Origin: Escherichia phage RB32
Sequence record: NC_008515.1
Strand: one strand, 5' to 3'
Length of the DNA: 64,000 nt
Shown piece after piece: positions 12,170 to 22,968 of this stretch (position 1 is the stretch's first letter; each line of letters starts with the position of its first letter). The translations under genes were made by a program, and so were the position numbers. The notes under the pieces were generated by a model. That model saw only the letters and a list, made by a program, of their open reading frames with translations. It made no database searches and was not told where the DNA came from.

Positions 12170-12850
12170 TTATTTTAATGTTACGAAAGAAGAATTACGT
12201 GTTTCACGAATTAGAACTGATCCGTCACGATTAATGTAGTAAATTAAGCTAAATAAAGTTTGGTGTGCCGATGCGTGTTCAAAACTAGTTGGGTGAGATT
12301 TCCAATCTGGAGTTTCAGCAATCCACTGGTAAATCCACCAAGGAACAGTGCAGAATCCTGGATTTTTTCCAATCAGCTGAAGATTCGGGCTAAAGTTTTT
12401 CGGAAGAGTAAATACAGACGGCTTTTCAGATTCAATAATCTCAGCTACAGCCTGTTCGAATTTTTCTTCAACAAAAGGAGTATCTTCAATTAAAACATCG
12501 GTATTTTCAGGAATTTTATCCGTTTCTACTACTTCAATTTTAATGTCAGATTTAACCGGAGAATCAATCAGAAGTGCTGCTTCTGGATTGACTTCTTCAT
12601 CGTCATATTTTAACCCCTCTGCGGCATCAGCAGCATTGATTAAGTCTTTAATAGATAACCCATCAGTCTCTGGCATAGGTTCACTAGCGAGCTTCTGGAG
12701 GGCTTCTTCAATATCAATAACGATATTATCAAAAGATTTATTCTTTTTGACCTTTATACCAAACTGTTCAGCATATTCAGCTAATTTAGCTTTAGCTTCT
12801 TTATTATCATCAAGAGCCTTCAGCTCTGCAATATAATCTTTATCTATCAT
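12170..12850 (-). CDS. inh: Inh, inhibitor of prohead protease
   Basis: 226 aa; directly upstream of hoc as in T4. Confidence 0.85.
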   Translation of the reverse strand: MIDKDYIAELKALDDNKEAKAKLAEYAEQFGIKVKKNKSFDNIVIDIEEALQKLASEPMPETDGLSIKDLINAADAAEGLKYDDEEVNPEAALLIDSPVKSDIKIEVVETDKIPENTDVLIEDTPFVEEKFEQAVAEIIESEKPSVFTLPKNFSPNLQLIGKNPGFCTVPWWIYQWIAETPDWKSHPTSFEHASAHQTLFSLIYYINRDGSVLIRETRNSSFVTLK

Positions 12851-12863
12851 AATATTTCCTCAG

Positions 12864-12871
12864 TATAAATA
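12864..12871 (+). promoter_or_regulatory. Late promoter TATAAATA upstream of uvsW
   Basis: Exact TATAAATA 30 nt upstream of the uvsW ATG. Confidence 0.55.
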
Positions 12872-12900
12872 TAGATATATTTATTACATGGTATTTAGAC

Positions 12901-14412
12901 ATGACTGACATTAAAGTACATTTTTATGATTTTAGTCACGTGAGAATTGATTGTGAAGAAAGTACATTTCATGAACTCCGTGATTTCTTTAGCTTTGAAG
13001 CTGATGGGTATCGTTTTAATCCGAAGTACAGATATGGCCACTGGGATGGACGAATCCGTCTTTTAGATTATAATCGTCTTCTTCCATTCGGCTTAGTCGG
13101 GCAAATTAAAAAGTTCTGTGATAACTTTGGCTATAAAGCCTGGATTGACCCACAAATTAACGAAAAAGAAGAATTATCAAGAAAAGATTTTGATGAATGG
13201 CTTTCTAAATTAGAAATCTATTCAGGAAATAAAAGAATTGAACCACACTGGTATCAAAAAGATGCAGTGTTTGAAGGATTAGTTAATCGTCGTAGAATTC
13301 TTAATCTTCCAACATCCGCTGGTAAATCGTTAATTCAAGCTTTGCTTGCGCGATATTATTTGGAAAATTATGAAGGTAAAATTCTTATCATTGTTCCAAC
13401 AACTGCTCTGACAACTCAGATGGCTGATGACTTTGTTGACTATCGTTTATTCAGTCATGCAATGATAAAGAAAATCGGTGGCGGAGCATCAAAAGATGAT
13501 AAATATAAAAATGATGCACCAGTCGTTGTTGGTACATGGCAAACTGTAGTAAAACAACCGAAAGAATGGTTCTCACAGTTTGGAATGATGATGAATGATG
13601 AATGCCATCTTGCTACAGGAAAAAGTATTTCATCTATCATATCAGGTCTAAATAACTGCATGTTTAAATTTGGTCTATCAGGTTCATTACGTGATGGCAA
13701 AGCCAATATCATGCAGTACGTTGGAATGTTTGGTGAAATATTTAAGCCAGTAACGACTTCTAAATTAATGGAAGATGGACAAGTAACTGAGTTAAAAATT
13801 AATAGTATTTTTCTTCGTTATCCTGATGAGTTTACTACTAAATTAAAGGGAAAAACTTACCAAGAAGAAATAAAAATTATTACTGGGCTTAGTAAAAGAA
13901 ATAAATGGATCGCTAAATTAGCTATTAAGCTTGCGCAAAAAGATGAAAACGCTTTTGTCATGTTTAAACATGTATCGCATGGTAAAGCTATTTTCGATTT
14001 AATTAAAAATGAATACGATAAAGTTTATTACGTATCAGGGGAAGTTGATACCGAAACCCGCAATATAATGAAAACCTTAGCTGAAAATGGTAAAGGAATA
14101 ATTATAGTAGCTAGTTATGGTGTATTTTCTACTGGTATTTCAGTTAAAAATCTGCATCACGTTGTTTTAGCGCACGGTGTTAAATCAAAAATCATTGTAT
14201 TACAAACAATCGGTCGTGTATTACGTAAGCATGGTTCTAAGACAATAGCAACAGTCTGGGACCTCATAGATGATTGTGGTGTTAAGCCAAAATCTGCTAA
14301 TACGAAAAAGAAATATGTTCATTTGAACTATCTTTTAAAACACGGCATTGATCGTATTCAGCGCTACGCAGATGAAAAATTTAATTACGTAATGAAAACA
14401 GTTAATTTATAA
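12901..14412 (+). CDS. uvsW: UvsW SF2 DNA helicase
   Basis: 503 aa; Walker A LPTSAGKS and DECH box visible. Confidence 0.93.
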   Translation: MTDIKVHFYDFSHVRIDCEESTFHELRDFFSFEADGYRFNPKYRYGHWDGRIRLLDYNRLLPFGLVGQIKKFCDNFGYKAWIDPQINEKEELSRKDFDEWLSKLEIYSGNKRIEPHWYQKDAVFEGLVNRRRILNLPTSAGKSLIQALLARYYLENYEGKILIIVPTTALTTQMADDFVDYRLFSHAMIKKIGGGASKDDKYKNDAPVVVGTWQTVVKQPKEWFSQFGMMMNDECHLATGKSISSIISGLNNCMFKFGLSGSLRDGKANIMQYVGMFGEIFKPVTTSKLMEDGQVTELKINSIFLRYPDEFTTKLKGKTYQEEIKIITGLSKRNKWIAKLAIKLAQKDENAFVMFKHVSHGKAIFDLIKNEYDKVYYVSGEVDTETRNIMKTLAENGKGIIIVASYGVFSTGISVKNLHHVVLAHGVKSKIIVLQTIGRVLRKHGSKTIATVWDLIDDCGVKPKSANTKKKYVHLNYLLKHGIDRIQRYADEKFNYVMKTVNL

Positions 14413-14427
14413 GGGCTTCGGCCCTTT
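14413..14427 (+). terminator. Hairpin GGGC-TTCG-GCCC immediately after the uvsW stop, merging into the uvsW.1 SD
   Basis: Stem-loop then TTTGGAGAAAAAG-ATG seen directly. Confidence 0.45.
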
Positions 14428-14437
14428 GGAGAAAAAG

Positions 14438-14668
14438 ATGTTACTAGAATTTAAACAATTTCTTTATGAAGCTTCTATTGATGAATTTATGGGTAAAATT
14501 GCCTCTTGTCAAACATTAGAAGGTTTAGAAGAACTTGAAGCTTATTATAAGAAAAGAGTCAAAGAAACTGAATTAAAAGATACTGATGACATCTCTGTGA
14601 GAGATGCTTTGGCAGGAAAAAGAGCTGAATTAGAAGATTCAGACGATGAAGTAGAAGAAAGCTTTTAA
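14438..14668 (+). CDS. uvsW.1: UvsW.1 small acidic protein
   Basis: ORF track starts at TTG 14426; ATG at 14438 with GGAGA SD gives 76 aa. Confidence 0.8.
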   Translation: MLLEFKQFLYEASIDEFMGKIASCQTLEGLEELEAYYKKRVKETELKDTDDISVRDALAGKRAELEDSDDEVEESF

Positions 14669-14671
14669 ATT

Positions 14672-14700
14672 AAAAAAGGCCCAACCAAAAAGGAAGGGCC
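14672..14700 (-). terminator. Terminator for the - strand uvsY operon (GGCCC/GGGCC stem, 13-nt loop, T6 tail on - strand)
   Basis: Inverted repeat plus A6 on + strand (T6 on -). Confidence 0.45.
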
Positions 14701-14723
14701 AAAACTATAGACTAAAGGTCACA

Positions 14724-14891
14724 CTATAGCAAAAGTTGTGTTTCATTTAATTGTTCTTCCGAACTTTCTGAAACTGGTAGTTCTTTAATGTAATTATAAC
14801 AAGGCCCAGGATGTACAGGACCTTTGTCTGTTTCAACAACCAATGCAGAATCGATTGGAGTTTTACAGACAACACAAATCTTATCTGACAT
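14724..14891 (-). CDS. Small Cys-containing protein, 55 aa (position of T4 uvsY.-2); not in the ORF track
   Basis: Hand translation MSDKICVVCKTPIDSALVVETDKGPVHPGPCYNYIKELPVSESSEEQLNETQLLL; ATG preceded by GGAGA SD; CxxC...C pattern. Confidence 0.55.
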   Translation of the reverse strand: MSDKICVVCKTPIDSALVVETDKGPVHPGPCYNYIKELPVSESSEEQLNETQLLL

Positions 14892-14919
14892 GATTGTCTC
14901 CTCTAAATTATATATCTAT

Positions 14920-15216
14920 TTATACAACTCTCATATGCATATCAATGCCCATATCTTTAGAATAAAAATATTCATCAAGATATCCGGCAAATTTTCCTTT
15001 AATATAAAGGACATCTTCACCACATGGATGGTCGGCCAGGATACGAATATCCTGACGCTTAAGATTATGCTTTTTCATTAAGAATTGAATTTCCGTTTCA
15101 AATTCTTCTTCATAATTAAAAGCATCATCAATACTATATCTCTCATTATTTTCCAGCCTCAAATGCTCGCATGTCTTGAATATGCTTAATAGCAAATCCA
15201 CGTGATTTAATAGCAT
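14920..15216 (-). CDS. Hypothetical protein downstream of uvsY (position of uvsY.-1); start uncertain
   Basis: ORF-track frame overlaps the uvsY 3' end; first in-frame ATG is at 15216. Confidence 0.45.
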   Translation of the reverse strand: MLLNHVDLLLSIFKTCEHLRLENNERYSIDDAFNYEEEFETEIQFLMKKHNLKRQDIRILADHPCGEDVLYIKGKFAGYLDEYFYSKDMGIDMHMRVV

Positions 15217-15559
15217 CAAGAGCTCCGCTACAGAAATCCAATAAAATCCCCCAATACTGTAACGAGGTATCAACCTTTAAAACATCCTTATCAGCTGATA
15301 GAACTGTCTTCATTTCTGATTTCTCGTAACGATCCATACTAAATTCATCACCATCTCCTCGTCCCGAGTAGTAGTCTAATTTAGCTTTAAGAGCAACTTT
15401 TTTCTGTGCGTCAATTCTAAGCATTTCCTTTTTAATACTTGAATGCTTATTAAGCCATTTACTATATAACATCACATTATTAGCTGCTTCATACTGTAAT
15501 TTAGTCGAATCTATAAACACATCTTTCTTCAATTCTTCTTGAAGATCTTCTAATCTCAT
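15146..15559 (-). CDS. uvsY: UvsY recombination mediator
   Basis: 137 aa; recognised T4 UvsY sequence. Confidence 0.95.
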   Translation of the reverse strand: MRLEDLQEELKKDVFIDSTKLQYEAANNVMLYSKWLNKHSSIKKEMLRIDAQKKVALKAKLDYYSGRGDGDEFSMDRYEKSEMKTVLSADKDVLKVDTSLQYWGILLDFCSGALDAIKSRGFAIKHIQDMRAFEAGK

Positions 15560-15599
15560 ATTGTTCTCTATTCAATTGTTATTGGATGGACTTAGATTC

Positions 15600-15627
15600 A
15601 TTATACCACGTTTATACGTGAAGCATT
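15600..15627 (-). promoter_or_regulatory. Candidate MotA-dependent middle promoter for uvsY (MotA box AATGCTTCA, 13-nt spacer, TATAAT)
   Basis: MotA-box-like TGCTTCA and TATAAT read on - strand about 40 nt upstream of the uvsY ATG. Confidence 0.5.
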
Positions 15628-16024
15628 ATACTCTATTACTAGAAGCCAATTGCAGTTTTATCTGCTCAATATCATCGGGGTTATCGATGACCGAAAAGCG
15701 TATTTCTACTATCAGAGTATAATCATCATAAACGGGTATCACATTAACTGATAATTTATCAATACGCGGCTCATAGTTTCTTACTGCGCTTTCGATATTG
15801 CGCTCAACTGTATCAGCAGTAAGAGGAGTCATATTTTCAAAAAGCTGGTCTGATAAATCACATCCAAATTCAGGGTCAAACGGTCTTGAACCTTTTCTTG
15901 TTGTAATAATTCCCAAAAGACTGTTTTTAATTGACCTTAATCCAAGTGATCTGGAAACATCTTTGTTCCAATCCATTTTCATTTCCGGGTCAATATCAGA
16001 ATAAAGCTTATTAATATTTGCCAT
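15626..16024 (-). CDS. 25: Baseplate wedge protein gp25
   Basis: 132 aa, same as T4 gp25; synteny with gene 26. Confidence 0.92.
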   Translation of the reverse strand: MANINKLYSDIDPEMKMDWNKDVSRSLGLRSIKNSLLGIITTRKGSRPFDPEFGCDLSDQLFENMTPLTADTVERNIESAVRNYEPRIDKLSVNVIPVYDDYTLIVEIRFSVIDNPDDIEQIKLQLASSNRV

Positions 16025-16650
16025 TATAGTAACTCAAAGAACTCTTTGAGGCCTCTTATTACGTGAGCATGGGTTTTTCCACACTCTGGACACTTAATTG
16101 GAACAGCCAAATAAACGGTAGGCTTTAAAAGCATATCTTTTATAGCTACAATATCTGACTCTGTGATGATAGAATATAAATCTTCTAGTTCCTTTTCATT
16201 TAAGTCTTCAACTGGAATGCTTTCCCCGTTAGCATGAATCGTTTCTATACATGATACTATCATGTGGGCTATATTTTTATCATCAAAAATTTTAGGGTAT
16301 CGGAATTTAATTTTAATGTCACCCAGTGTATACCAGAGGTCTTCTGGTGCATCTATTTGTGTGTGTAATAGATTTATATGGGTTGGTATTTCAGTTCCAC
16401 AGGTGCACTTCCAGGAGTTTTCGTGATTAACTTCGCCGAGAGAATGTGCCCATAAATGAATCAACAATAGTTCTGATTCTTGGCGGTTTAAATCTTTTGC
16501 ATTTGTGCAGTCTTTGATTAGCTTTTTAACAATTACTTCTACAGAACCATTATTTTTGGCAGTAATAAGTTCTAGATATTCTTTAAGCGTGAATGCGCGA
16601 CAATTGATTATTTTAGAACCAACTCTCACATCAAATTTGTATTCATACAT
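16024..16650 (-). CDS. 26: Baseplate hub protein gp26
   Basis: 208 aa; synteny. Confidence 0.9.
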   Translation of the reverse strand: MYEYKFDVRVGSKIINCRAFTLKEYLELITAKNNGSVEVIVKKLIKDCTNAKDLNRQESELLLIHLWAHSLGEVNHENSWKCTCGTEIPTHINLLHTQIDAPEDLWYTLGDIKIKFRYPKIFDDKNIAHMIVSCIETIHANGESIPVEDLNEKELEDLYSIITESDIVAIKDMLLKPTVYLAVPIKCPECGKTHAHVIRGLKEFFELL

Positions 16651-16671
16651 ATTTAGCTCCTTTATTTATCA

Positions 16672-16683
16672 TATTTATAAATA
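16672..16683. promoter_or_regulatory. Overlapping divergent late promoters for genes 26 (-) and 51 (+) within the palindrome TATTTATAAATA
   Basis: TATAAATA reads on both strands inside a 12-bp perfect palindrome between the two divergent start codons. Confidence 0.55.
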
Positions 16684-16700
16684 GAATAAAAGGAGCATCT

Positions 16701-17450
16701 ATGGCAAACATTATTCGTTGTAAATTACCAGATGGTGTTCATCGTTTTAAACCATTTACGGTAGAAGATTATCGAGATTTTTTGTTAGTTCGAAACGATA
16801 TAGAACATCGGTCACCACAAGAACAAAAAGAAATAATTACTGATTTAATTGATGATTATTTTGGAGACTATCCGAAGACTTGGCAACCATTTATATTTTT
16901 GCAGGTATTTGTAGGGTCAATAGGTAAAACAAAAGTACCAGTCACATTCGTATGTCCAAAATGTAAAAAAGAAAAGACAGTTCCATTTGAAATATATCAA
17001 AAAGAATTAAAGGAACCTGTTTTTGATGTAGCTAATGTTAAAATTAAATTAAAGTTTCCTTCTGAGTTTTATGAAAATAAAGCAAAGATGATTACTGAAA
17101 ATATTCATTCTGTTCAAGTAGATGAAATATGGTATGATTGGAAGGAAATTAGCGAATCAAGTCAAATAGAACTTGTTGACGCCATCGAGATAGAAACATT
17201 AGAAAAAATTCTCGATTCAATGAATCCTATTAATTTAACATTGCACATGTCGTGTTGTAATAAGTATGTAAAAAAATACACTGATGTAGTAGATGTGTTT
17301 AAGCTATTAGTTAACCCAGATGAAATATTTACTTTTTATCAAATTAATCACACACTTGTAAAAAGTAATTATAGCTTAAATTCAATAATGAAAATGATTC
17401 CTGCCGAGCGCGGATTCGTATTAAAACTGATTGAGAAGGATAAACAATAA
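16701..17450 (+). CDS. 51: Baseplate hub assembly catalyst gp51
   Basis: 249 aa; synteny. Confidence 0.9.
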   Translation: MANIIRCKLPDGVHRFKPFTVEDYRDFLLVRNDIEHRSPQEQKEIITDLIDDYFGDYPKTWQPFIFLQVFVGSIGKTKVPVTFVCPKCKKEKTVPFEIYQKELKEPVFDVANVKIKLKFPSEFYENKAKMITENIHSVQVDEIWYDWKEISESSQIELVDAIEIETLEKILDSMNPINLTLHMSCCNKYVKKYTDVVDVFKLLVNPDEIFTFYQINHTLVKSNYSLNSIMKMIPAERGFVLKLIEKDKQ

Positions 17451-18625
17451 TGAGTATGTTGCAACGCCCCGGATATCCAAATCTCAGCGTTAAATTATTT
17501 GATAGCTACGACGCTTGGAGTAATAATAGATTTGTTGAATTAGCTGCTACTATTACTACATTAACTATGCGGGATTCTCTTTATGGCCGAAATGAAGGAA
17601 TGCTGCAGTTTTATGATTCTAAAAACATCCATACAAAAATGGATGGAAATGAAATAATTCAGATTTCTGTAGCTAATGCAAACGATATTAATAATGTTAA
17701 AACACGAATTTATGGATGTAAGCATTTTTCCGTGTCAGTAGATTCAAAGGGTGATAACATCATTGCTATTGAATTGGGAACTATTCATTCTATAGAAAAT
17801 CTTAAATTTGGCAGACCGTTTTTCCCTGATGCAGGTGAATCTATAAAAGAAATGCTTGGCGTCATTTATCAAGACCGCACATTATTAACTCCAGCAATAA
17901 ATGCTATAAATGCTTATGTTCCTGATATTCCGTGGACTAGCACATTTGAAAACTATTTGTCATATGTAAGAGAAGTTGCTCTAGCTGTAGGAAGCGACAA
18001 ATTTGTATTTGTATGGCAAGACATCATGGGAGTTAACATGATGGACTATGATATGATGATAAATCAAGAACCATATCCAATGATTGTCGGTGAGCCATCT
18101 TTAATAGGTCAATTCATCCAAGAATTAAAATATCCATTAGCATATGATTTCGTTTGGTTGACTAAATCGAATCCTCACAAACGTGACCCAATGAAAAATG
18201 CTACTATCTATGCTCATTCATTTTTAGATTCTTCATTGCCAATGATTACTACAGGAAAGGGCGAAAACTCTATTGTAGTGTCAAGATCAGGTGCTTATTC
18301 TGAAATGACTTATAGGAATGGATATGAAGAAGCTATTCGTCTTCAAACTATGGCACAATATGACGGCTATGCTAAATGTTCTACTGTCGGTAATTTTAAC
18401 TTGACTCCTGGCGTTAAAATTATTTTTAATGATAGTAAAAACCAATTTAAAACAGAATTTTACGTTGATGAAGTTATCCATGAATTATCCAATAATAATT
18501 CAGTAACTCATCTATATATGTTCACTAATGCAACGAAACTGGAAACAATAGACCCAGTTAAGGTTAAAAATGAATTTAAATCTGATACTACCACTGAAGA
18601 AAGTAGTTCTTCCAATAAGCAATAA
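17450..18625 (+). CDS. 27: Baseplate hub protein gp27
   Basis: 391 aa, same as T4 gp27. Confidence 0.92.
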   Translation: MSMLQRPGYPNLSVKLFDSYDAWSNNRFVELAATITTLTMRDSLYGRNEGMLQFYDSKNIHTKMDGNEIIQISVANANDINNVKTRIYGCKHFSVSVDSKGDNIIAIELGTIHSIENLKFGRPFFPDAGESIKEMLGVIYQDRTLLTPAINAINAYVPDIPWTSTFENYLSYVREVALAVGSDKFVFVWQDIMGVNMMDYDMMINQEPYPMIVGEPSLIGQFIQELKYPLAYDFVWLTKSNPHKRDPMKNATIYAHSFLDSSLPMITTGKGENSIVVSRSGAYSEMTYRNGYEEAIRLQTMAQYDGYAKCSTVGNFNLTPGVKIIFNDSKNQFKTEFYVDEVIHELSNNNSVTHLYMFTNATKLETIDPVKVKNEFKSDTTTEESSSSNKQ

Positions 18626-19103
18626 AGAAGTTTCTATTCCTAAAATGGGTCTTAAACATTATAATATTTTAAAAGATGTTAAAGGTCCTGATGAAAATTT
18701 AAAACTTCTTATTGATTCTATTTGTCCGAATTTATCACCGGCAGAAGTTGATTTCGTTTCCATTCATTTATTGGAATTTAATGGAAAGATTAAATCTCGT
18801 AAAGAAATAGATGGATATACTTATGACATAAATGATGTTTATGTATGCCAAAGATTAGAGTTTCAATACCAAGGAAATACATTTTATTTTAGACCTCCTG
18901 GAAAATTTGAACAATTTTTAACTGTGAGTGATATGTTATCCAAATGCTTGCTTAAGGTCAATGATGAAGTTAAAGAAATTAATTTTCTTGAGATGCCAGC
19001 ATTCGTTTTAAAATGGGCAAATGATATTTTTACAACTTTAGCAATTCCTGGCCCTAATGGTCCAATAACTGGAATTGGCAATATTATTGGATTATTTGAA
19101 TGA
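18570..19103 (+). CDS. 28: Baseplate hub distal protein gp28
   Basis: 177 aa; ATG at 18570 overlaps the gene 27 3' end. Confidence 0.85.
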   Translation: MNLNLILPLKKVVLPISNKEVSIPKMGLKHYNILKDVKGPDENLKLLIDSICPNLSPAEVDFVSIHLLEFNGKIKSRKEIDGYTYDINDVYVCQRLEFQYQGNTFYFRPPGKFEQFLTVSDMLSKCLLKVNDEVKEINFLEMPAFVLKWANDIFTTLAIPGPNGPITGIGNIIGLFE

Positions 19104-20872
19104 AAAAGCCACAAGAAATGCAAACGATGCGTAGAAAAGTTATTTCAGATAATAAACCAACACAGGAAGCGGCTAAATCCGCTTCCAACACTTTATCTGG
19201 GCTTAATGACATTTCTACAAAATTGGATGATGCTCAAGCTGCTTCTGAATTAATTGCTCAAACTGTCGAAGAAAAATCGAATGAAATAATTGGAGCAATT
19301 GACAATGTAGAAAGTGCAGTGAGTGATACTACTGCTGGTTCTGAATTAATTGCTGAAACTGTTGAAATTGGCAACAATATTAATAAAGAAATCGGTGAAT
19401 CACTCGGGAGCAAATTAGATAAATTAACAAGTTTACTAGAGCAAAAAATTCAGACAGCTGGAATTCAACAGACTGGGACTAGTTTAGCTACAGTTGAAAG
19501 CGCTATTCCTGTTAAAGTCGTTGAGGATGATACTGCTGAATCTGTGGGTCCTTTATTACCGGCTCCCGAAGCAGTTAATAATGATCCTGACGCTGATTTT
19601 TTCCCTGCCCCTCAGCCAGTTGAGCCAAAGCAAGAATCACCAGAAGAAAAACAGAAAAAAGAAGCATTTAACTTAAAATTATCTCAAGCTTTAGATAAAT
19701 TAACAAAGACTGTTGATTTTGGATTTAAGAAATCCATTTCAATTAGTGATAAAATATCAAGCATGTTATTTAAGTACACCATCAGTGCTGCTATTGAAGC
19801 TGCTAAAATGACTGCAATGATATTGGCTGTTGTTGTTGGAATAGACCTGTTGATGGTTCATTTTAAATACTGGTCAGATAAATTTTCAAAAGCCTGGGAT
19901 TTATTTAATACTGACTTTACTAAATTCTCTAGCGAAACCGGAACATGGGGTCCTTTATTACAGAGCATCTTTGATTCTATTGATGAAATTAAAAAGTTCT
20001 GGGAAGCGGGAGATTGGGGTGGATTGACAGTAGCTATTGTAGAAGGGCTTGGAAAGGTTCTTTATAATTTAGGAGAACTTATTCAGCTTGGAATGGCTAA
20101 ATTATCTGCGGCAATTCTTCGAGTCATTCCTGGCATGAAGGATACCGCTGATGAAGTAGAAGGAAGAGCACTAGAAAATTTCCAAAATACTACAAATGCT
20201 TCTCTTAGCAAAGAAGACCAAGAAAAAGTTGCAAATTATCAATATAAAAGAATGAATGGAGACCTTGGTCCGATAGCAAAAGGGTTAGACAAAATTGCGA
20301 ACTGGAAAACTCGTGCATCTAACTGGATTCGTGGCGTTGATAATAAAGAAGCACTAACGACTGATGAAGAGAGAGCAGAGGAAGAAGAAAAATTAAAGCA
20401 ACTTTCTCCGGAGGAAGCTAAAATTGCTTTAATGAAAGCTAATGAAGCTCGTGCTGCTATGAATCGTTTTGATCAATACGCCGATTCAGCTGATATGAGT
20501 AAAGACTCAACAGTTAAATCAGTTGAAGCTGCCTATGAAGACCTTAAAAAACGGATGGATGACCCGGATTTAAATAATTCACCGGCAGTTAAAAAAGAAC
20601 TTGCTGCTAGATTTTCTAAAATTGATGCTACATATCAAGAGCTCAAGAAAAATCAGCCTAATGCCAAACCTGAAACTTCTGCTAAATCGCCAGAAGCAAA
20701 ACAAGTCCAGGTAATAGAAAAGAACAAAGCACAGCAAGCTCCTGTTCAACAAGCATCTCCTTCAATCAATAATACTAATAATGTTATTAAGAAAAATACT
20801 GTCGTTCATAATATGACACCTGTTACGAGTACAACTGCTCCTGGTGTATTTGATGCGACTGGAGTTAATTAA
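19100..20872 (+). CDS. 29: Baseplate hub / tail length determinator gp29
   Basis: 590 aa, same as T4 gp29. Confidence 0.92.
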   Translation: MKKPQEMQTMRRKVISDNKPTQEAAKSASNTLSGLNDISTKLDDAQAASELIAQTVEEKSNEIIGAIDNVESAVSDTTAGSELIAETVEIGNNINKEIGESLGSKLDKLTSLLEQKIQTAGIQQTGTSLATVESAIPVKVVEDDTAESVGPLLPAPEAVNNDPDADFFPAPQPVEPKQESPEEKQKKEAFNLKLSQALDKLTKTVDFGFKKSISISDKISSMLFKYTISAAIEAAKMTAMILAVVVGIDLLMVHFKYWSDKFSKAWDLFNTDFTKFSSETGTWGPLLQSIFDSIDEIKKFWEAGDWGGLTVAIVEGLGKVLYNLGELIQLGMAKLSAAILRVIPGMKDTADEVEGRALENFQNTTNASLSKEDQEKVANYQYKRMNGDLGPIAKGLDKIANWKTRASNWIRGVDNKEALTTDEERAEEEEKLKQLSPEEAKIALMKANEARAAMNRFDQYADSADMSKDSTVKSVEAAYEDLKKRMDDPDLNNSPAVKKELAARFSKIDATYQELKKNQPNAKPETSAKSPEAKQVQVIEKNKAQQAPVQQASPSINNTNNVIKKNTVVHNMTPVTSTTAPGVFDATGVN

Positions 20873-20880
20873 GGAATAAT

Positions 20881-21975
20881 ATGGCAATTGTTAAAGAAAT
20901 AACTGCTGATTTAATTAAAAAGTCCGGTGAGAAAATTTCAGCCGGACAGAGTACTAAATCAGAAGTAGGAACTAAAACATACACTGCCCAGTTTCCAACT
21001 GGGCGTGCTAGTGGTAATGACACTACAGGGGACTTCCAGGTAACAGATCTATATAAGAATGGATTATTATTTACTGCATACAATATGTCATCTAGGGATT
21101 CTGGAAGTCTTAGATCGATGAGATCTAACTACTCTTCTTCATCTTCGAGTATTTTACGTACAGCCAGAAACACTATTAGTAGTACAGTATCAAAACTATC
21201 AAATGGATTAATATCAAATAATAATTCAGGAACAATAAGTAAAGCTCCTATCGCAAATATTCTTTTACCGAGATCTAAATCCGATGTTGATACATCATCA
21301 CATAGATTTAATGATGTTCAAGAAAGTCTTATCAGCAGAGGCGGAGGTACTGCTACTGGAGTGCTAAGTAATATTGCTTCAACCGCAGTATTTGGGGCGT
21401 TGGAAAGTATAACACAAGGTATAATGGCTGATAATAATGAACAGATTTATACGACAGCCAGAAGTATGTATGGTGGTGCTGAAAATAGAACTAAAGTGTT
21501 TACATGGGATTTGACTCCACGTTCAACAGAAGATTTAATGGCTATTATTAATATCTATCAATATTTTAACTATTTTTCTTATGGTGAAACGGGTAAATCT
21601 CAATATGCTGCTGAAATAAAGGGGTATTTAGATGATTGGTATCGTTCTACGTTAATTGAACCTTTATCTCCGGAAGACGCAGCTAAAAATAAAACACTAT
21701 TTGAGAAAATGACATCGAGTTTAACTAACGTTCTAGTAGTTTCAAACCCGACAGTTTGGATGGTGAAAAACTTTGGTGCAACATCTAAGTTTGATGGAAA
21801 AACGGAAATATTTGGTCCATGCCAAATACAGAGCATAAGATTTGATAAAACACCTAATGGTAACTTTAACGGATTAGCTATTGCTCCAAACCTCCCTAGT
21901 ACATTTACTCTCGAGATTACTATGAGAGAAATTATCACGTTAAACCGTGCTTCTTTATATGCGGGGACTTTTTAA
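20881..21975 (+). CDS. 48: Baseplate tail-tube junction protein gp48
   Basis: 364 aa; synteny. Confidence 0.9.
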   Translation: MAIVKEITADLIKKSGEKISAGQSTKSEVGTKTYTAQFPTGRASGNDTTGDFQVTDLYKNGLLFTAYNMSSRDSGSLRSMRSNYSSSSSSILRTARNTISSTVSKLSNGLISNNNSGTISKAPIANILLPRSKSDVDTSSHRFNDVQESLISRGGGTATGVLSNIASTAVFGALESITQGIMADNNEQIYTTARSMYGGAENRTKVFTWDLTPRSTEDLMAIINIYQYFNYFSYGETGKSQYAAEIKGYLDDWYRSTLIEPLSPEDAAKNKTLFEKMTSSLTNVLVVSNPTVWMVKNFGATSKFDGKTEIFGPCQIQSIRFDKTPNGNFNGLAIAPNLPSTFTLEITMREIITLNRASLYAGTF

Positions 21976-22940
21976 TGTATTCTTTAGAGGAATTTAATAA
22001 TCAAGCAATAAACGCAGATTTCCAACGTAATAATATGTTTAGCTGCGTTTTTGCAACAACTCCATCAACTAAAAGCTCTTCGTTGATAAGTTCAATTAGC
22101 AACTTTTCTTATAATAACTTGGGCCTAAATTCAGATTGGTTAGGATTAACCCAAGGTGATATTAATCAGGGAATTACCACGCTAATTACAGCTGGCACAC
22201 AAAAACTGATAAGAAAATCAGGGGTTAGTAAATATCTTATTGGTGCCATGAGTCAACGTACAGTTCAAAGTTTATTAGGCTCATTTACAGTTGGTACATA
22301 TTTAATTGACTTCTTTAACATGGCATATAACTCATCTGGATTGATGATATATTCCGTAAAAATGCCAGAGAATAGATTATCCTATGAAACTGACTGGAAC
22401 TATAATTCTCCTAATATTCGTATAACTGGGAGAGAATTAGACCCTTTGGTTATTTCATTTAGAATGGATTCAGAAGCTTGTAACTATCGTGCAATGCAAG
22501 ACTGGGTTAACTCTGTTCAAGACCCAGTAACTGGATTACGTGCTTTGCCACAAGATGTCGAGGCAGATATTCAGGTTAATCTTCATTCTCGTAATGGATT
22601 GCCTCATACTGCGGTGATGTTCACCGGATGCATTCCAGTGTCAGTGAGCGCTCCTGAGTTATCATATGATGGAGATAACCAAATAACTACATTTGATGTT
22701 ACTTTTGCGTATAGAGTCATGCAGGCTGGAGCAGTTGATAGACAAGCTGCGCTTGAATGGCTTGAATCTGCTGCTATAAATGGTATTCAAAGCGTTCTCG
22801 GAAATAGTGGAGGTGTTACTGGACTATCTAATTCGCTTTCACGACTCAGTAGATTAGGGGGAACTGCAGGAAGCATTTCAAACATTAATACTATGACAGG
22901 AATTGTCAATTCGCAAAGTAAAATATTAGGAGCAATATAA
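21975..22940 (+). CDS. 54: Baseplate tail-tube initiator gp54
   Basis: 321 aa; synteny. Confidence 0.9.
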   Translation: MYSLEEFNNQAINADFQRNNMFSCVFATTPSTKSSSLISSISNFSYNNLGLNSDWLGLTQGDINQGITTLITAGTQKLIRKSGVSKYLIGAMSQRTVQSLLGSFTVGTYLIDFFNMAYNSSGLMIYSVKMPENRLSYETDWNYNSPNIRITGRELDPLVISFRMDSEACNYRAMQDWVNSVQDPVTGLRALPQDVEADIQVNLHSRNGLPHTAVMFTGCIPVSVSAPELSYDGDNQITTFDVTFAYRVMQAGAVDRQAALEWLESAAINGIQSVLGNSGGVTGLSNSLSRLSRLGGTAGSISNINTMTGIVNSQSKILGAI

Positions 22941-22944
22941 CAAT

Positions 22945-22962
22945 GGGGACCTTTCGGTCCCC
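22945..22962. terminator. Hairpin GGGGACC-TTTC-GGTCCCC after gene 54, followed by a T-rich tract on +
   Basis: Perfect 7-bp stem; same motif family as the gene 23 and 24 terminators. Confidence 0.6.
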
Positions 22963-22968
22963 ATATTT

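Noticed and set aside
14824-15081. 85-aa + strand ORF opposite the uvsY.-1/uvsY.-2 region
   Set aside because: Antisense to better-supported - strand ORFs (one with a GGAGA SD), and AT-rich low-complexity translation.
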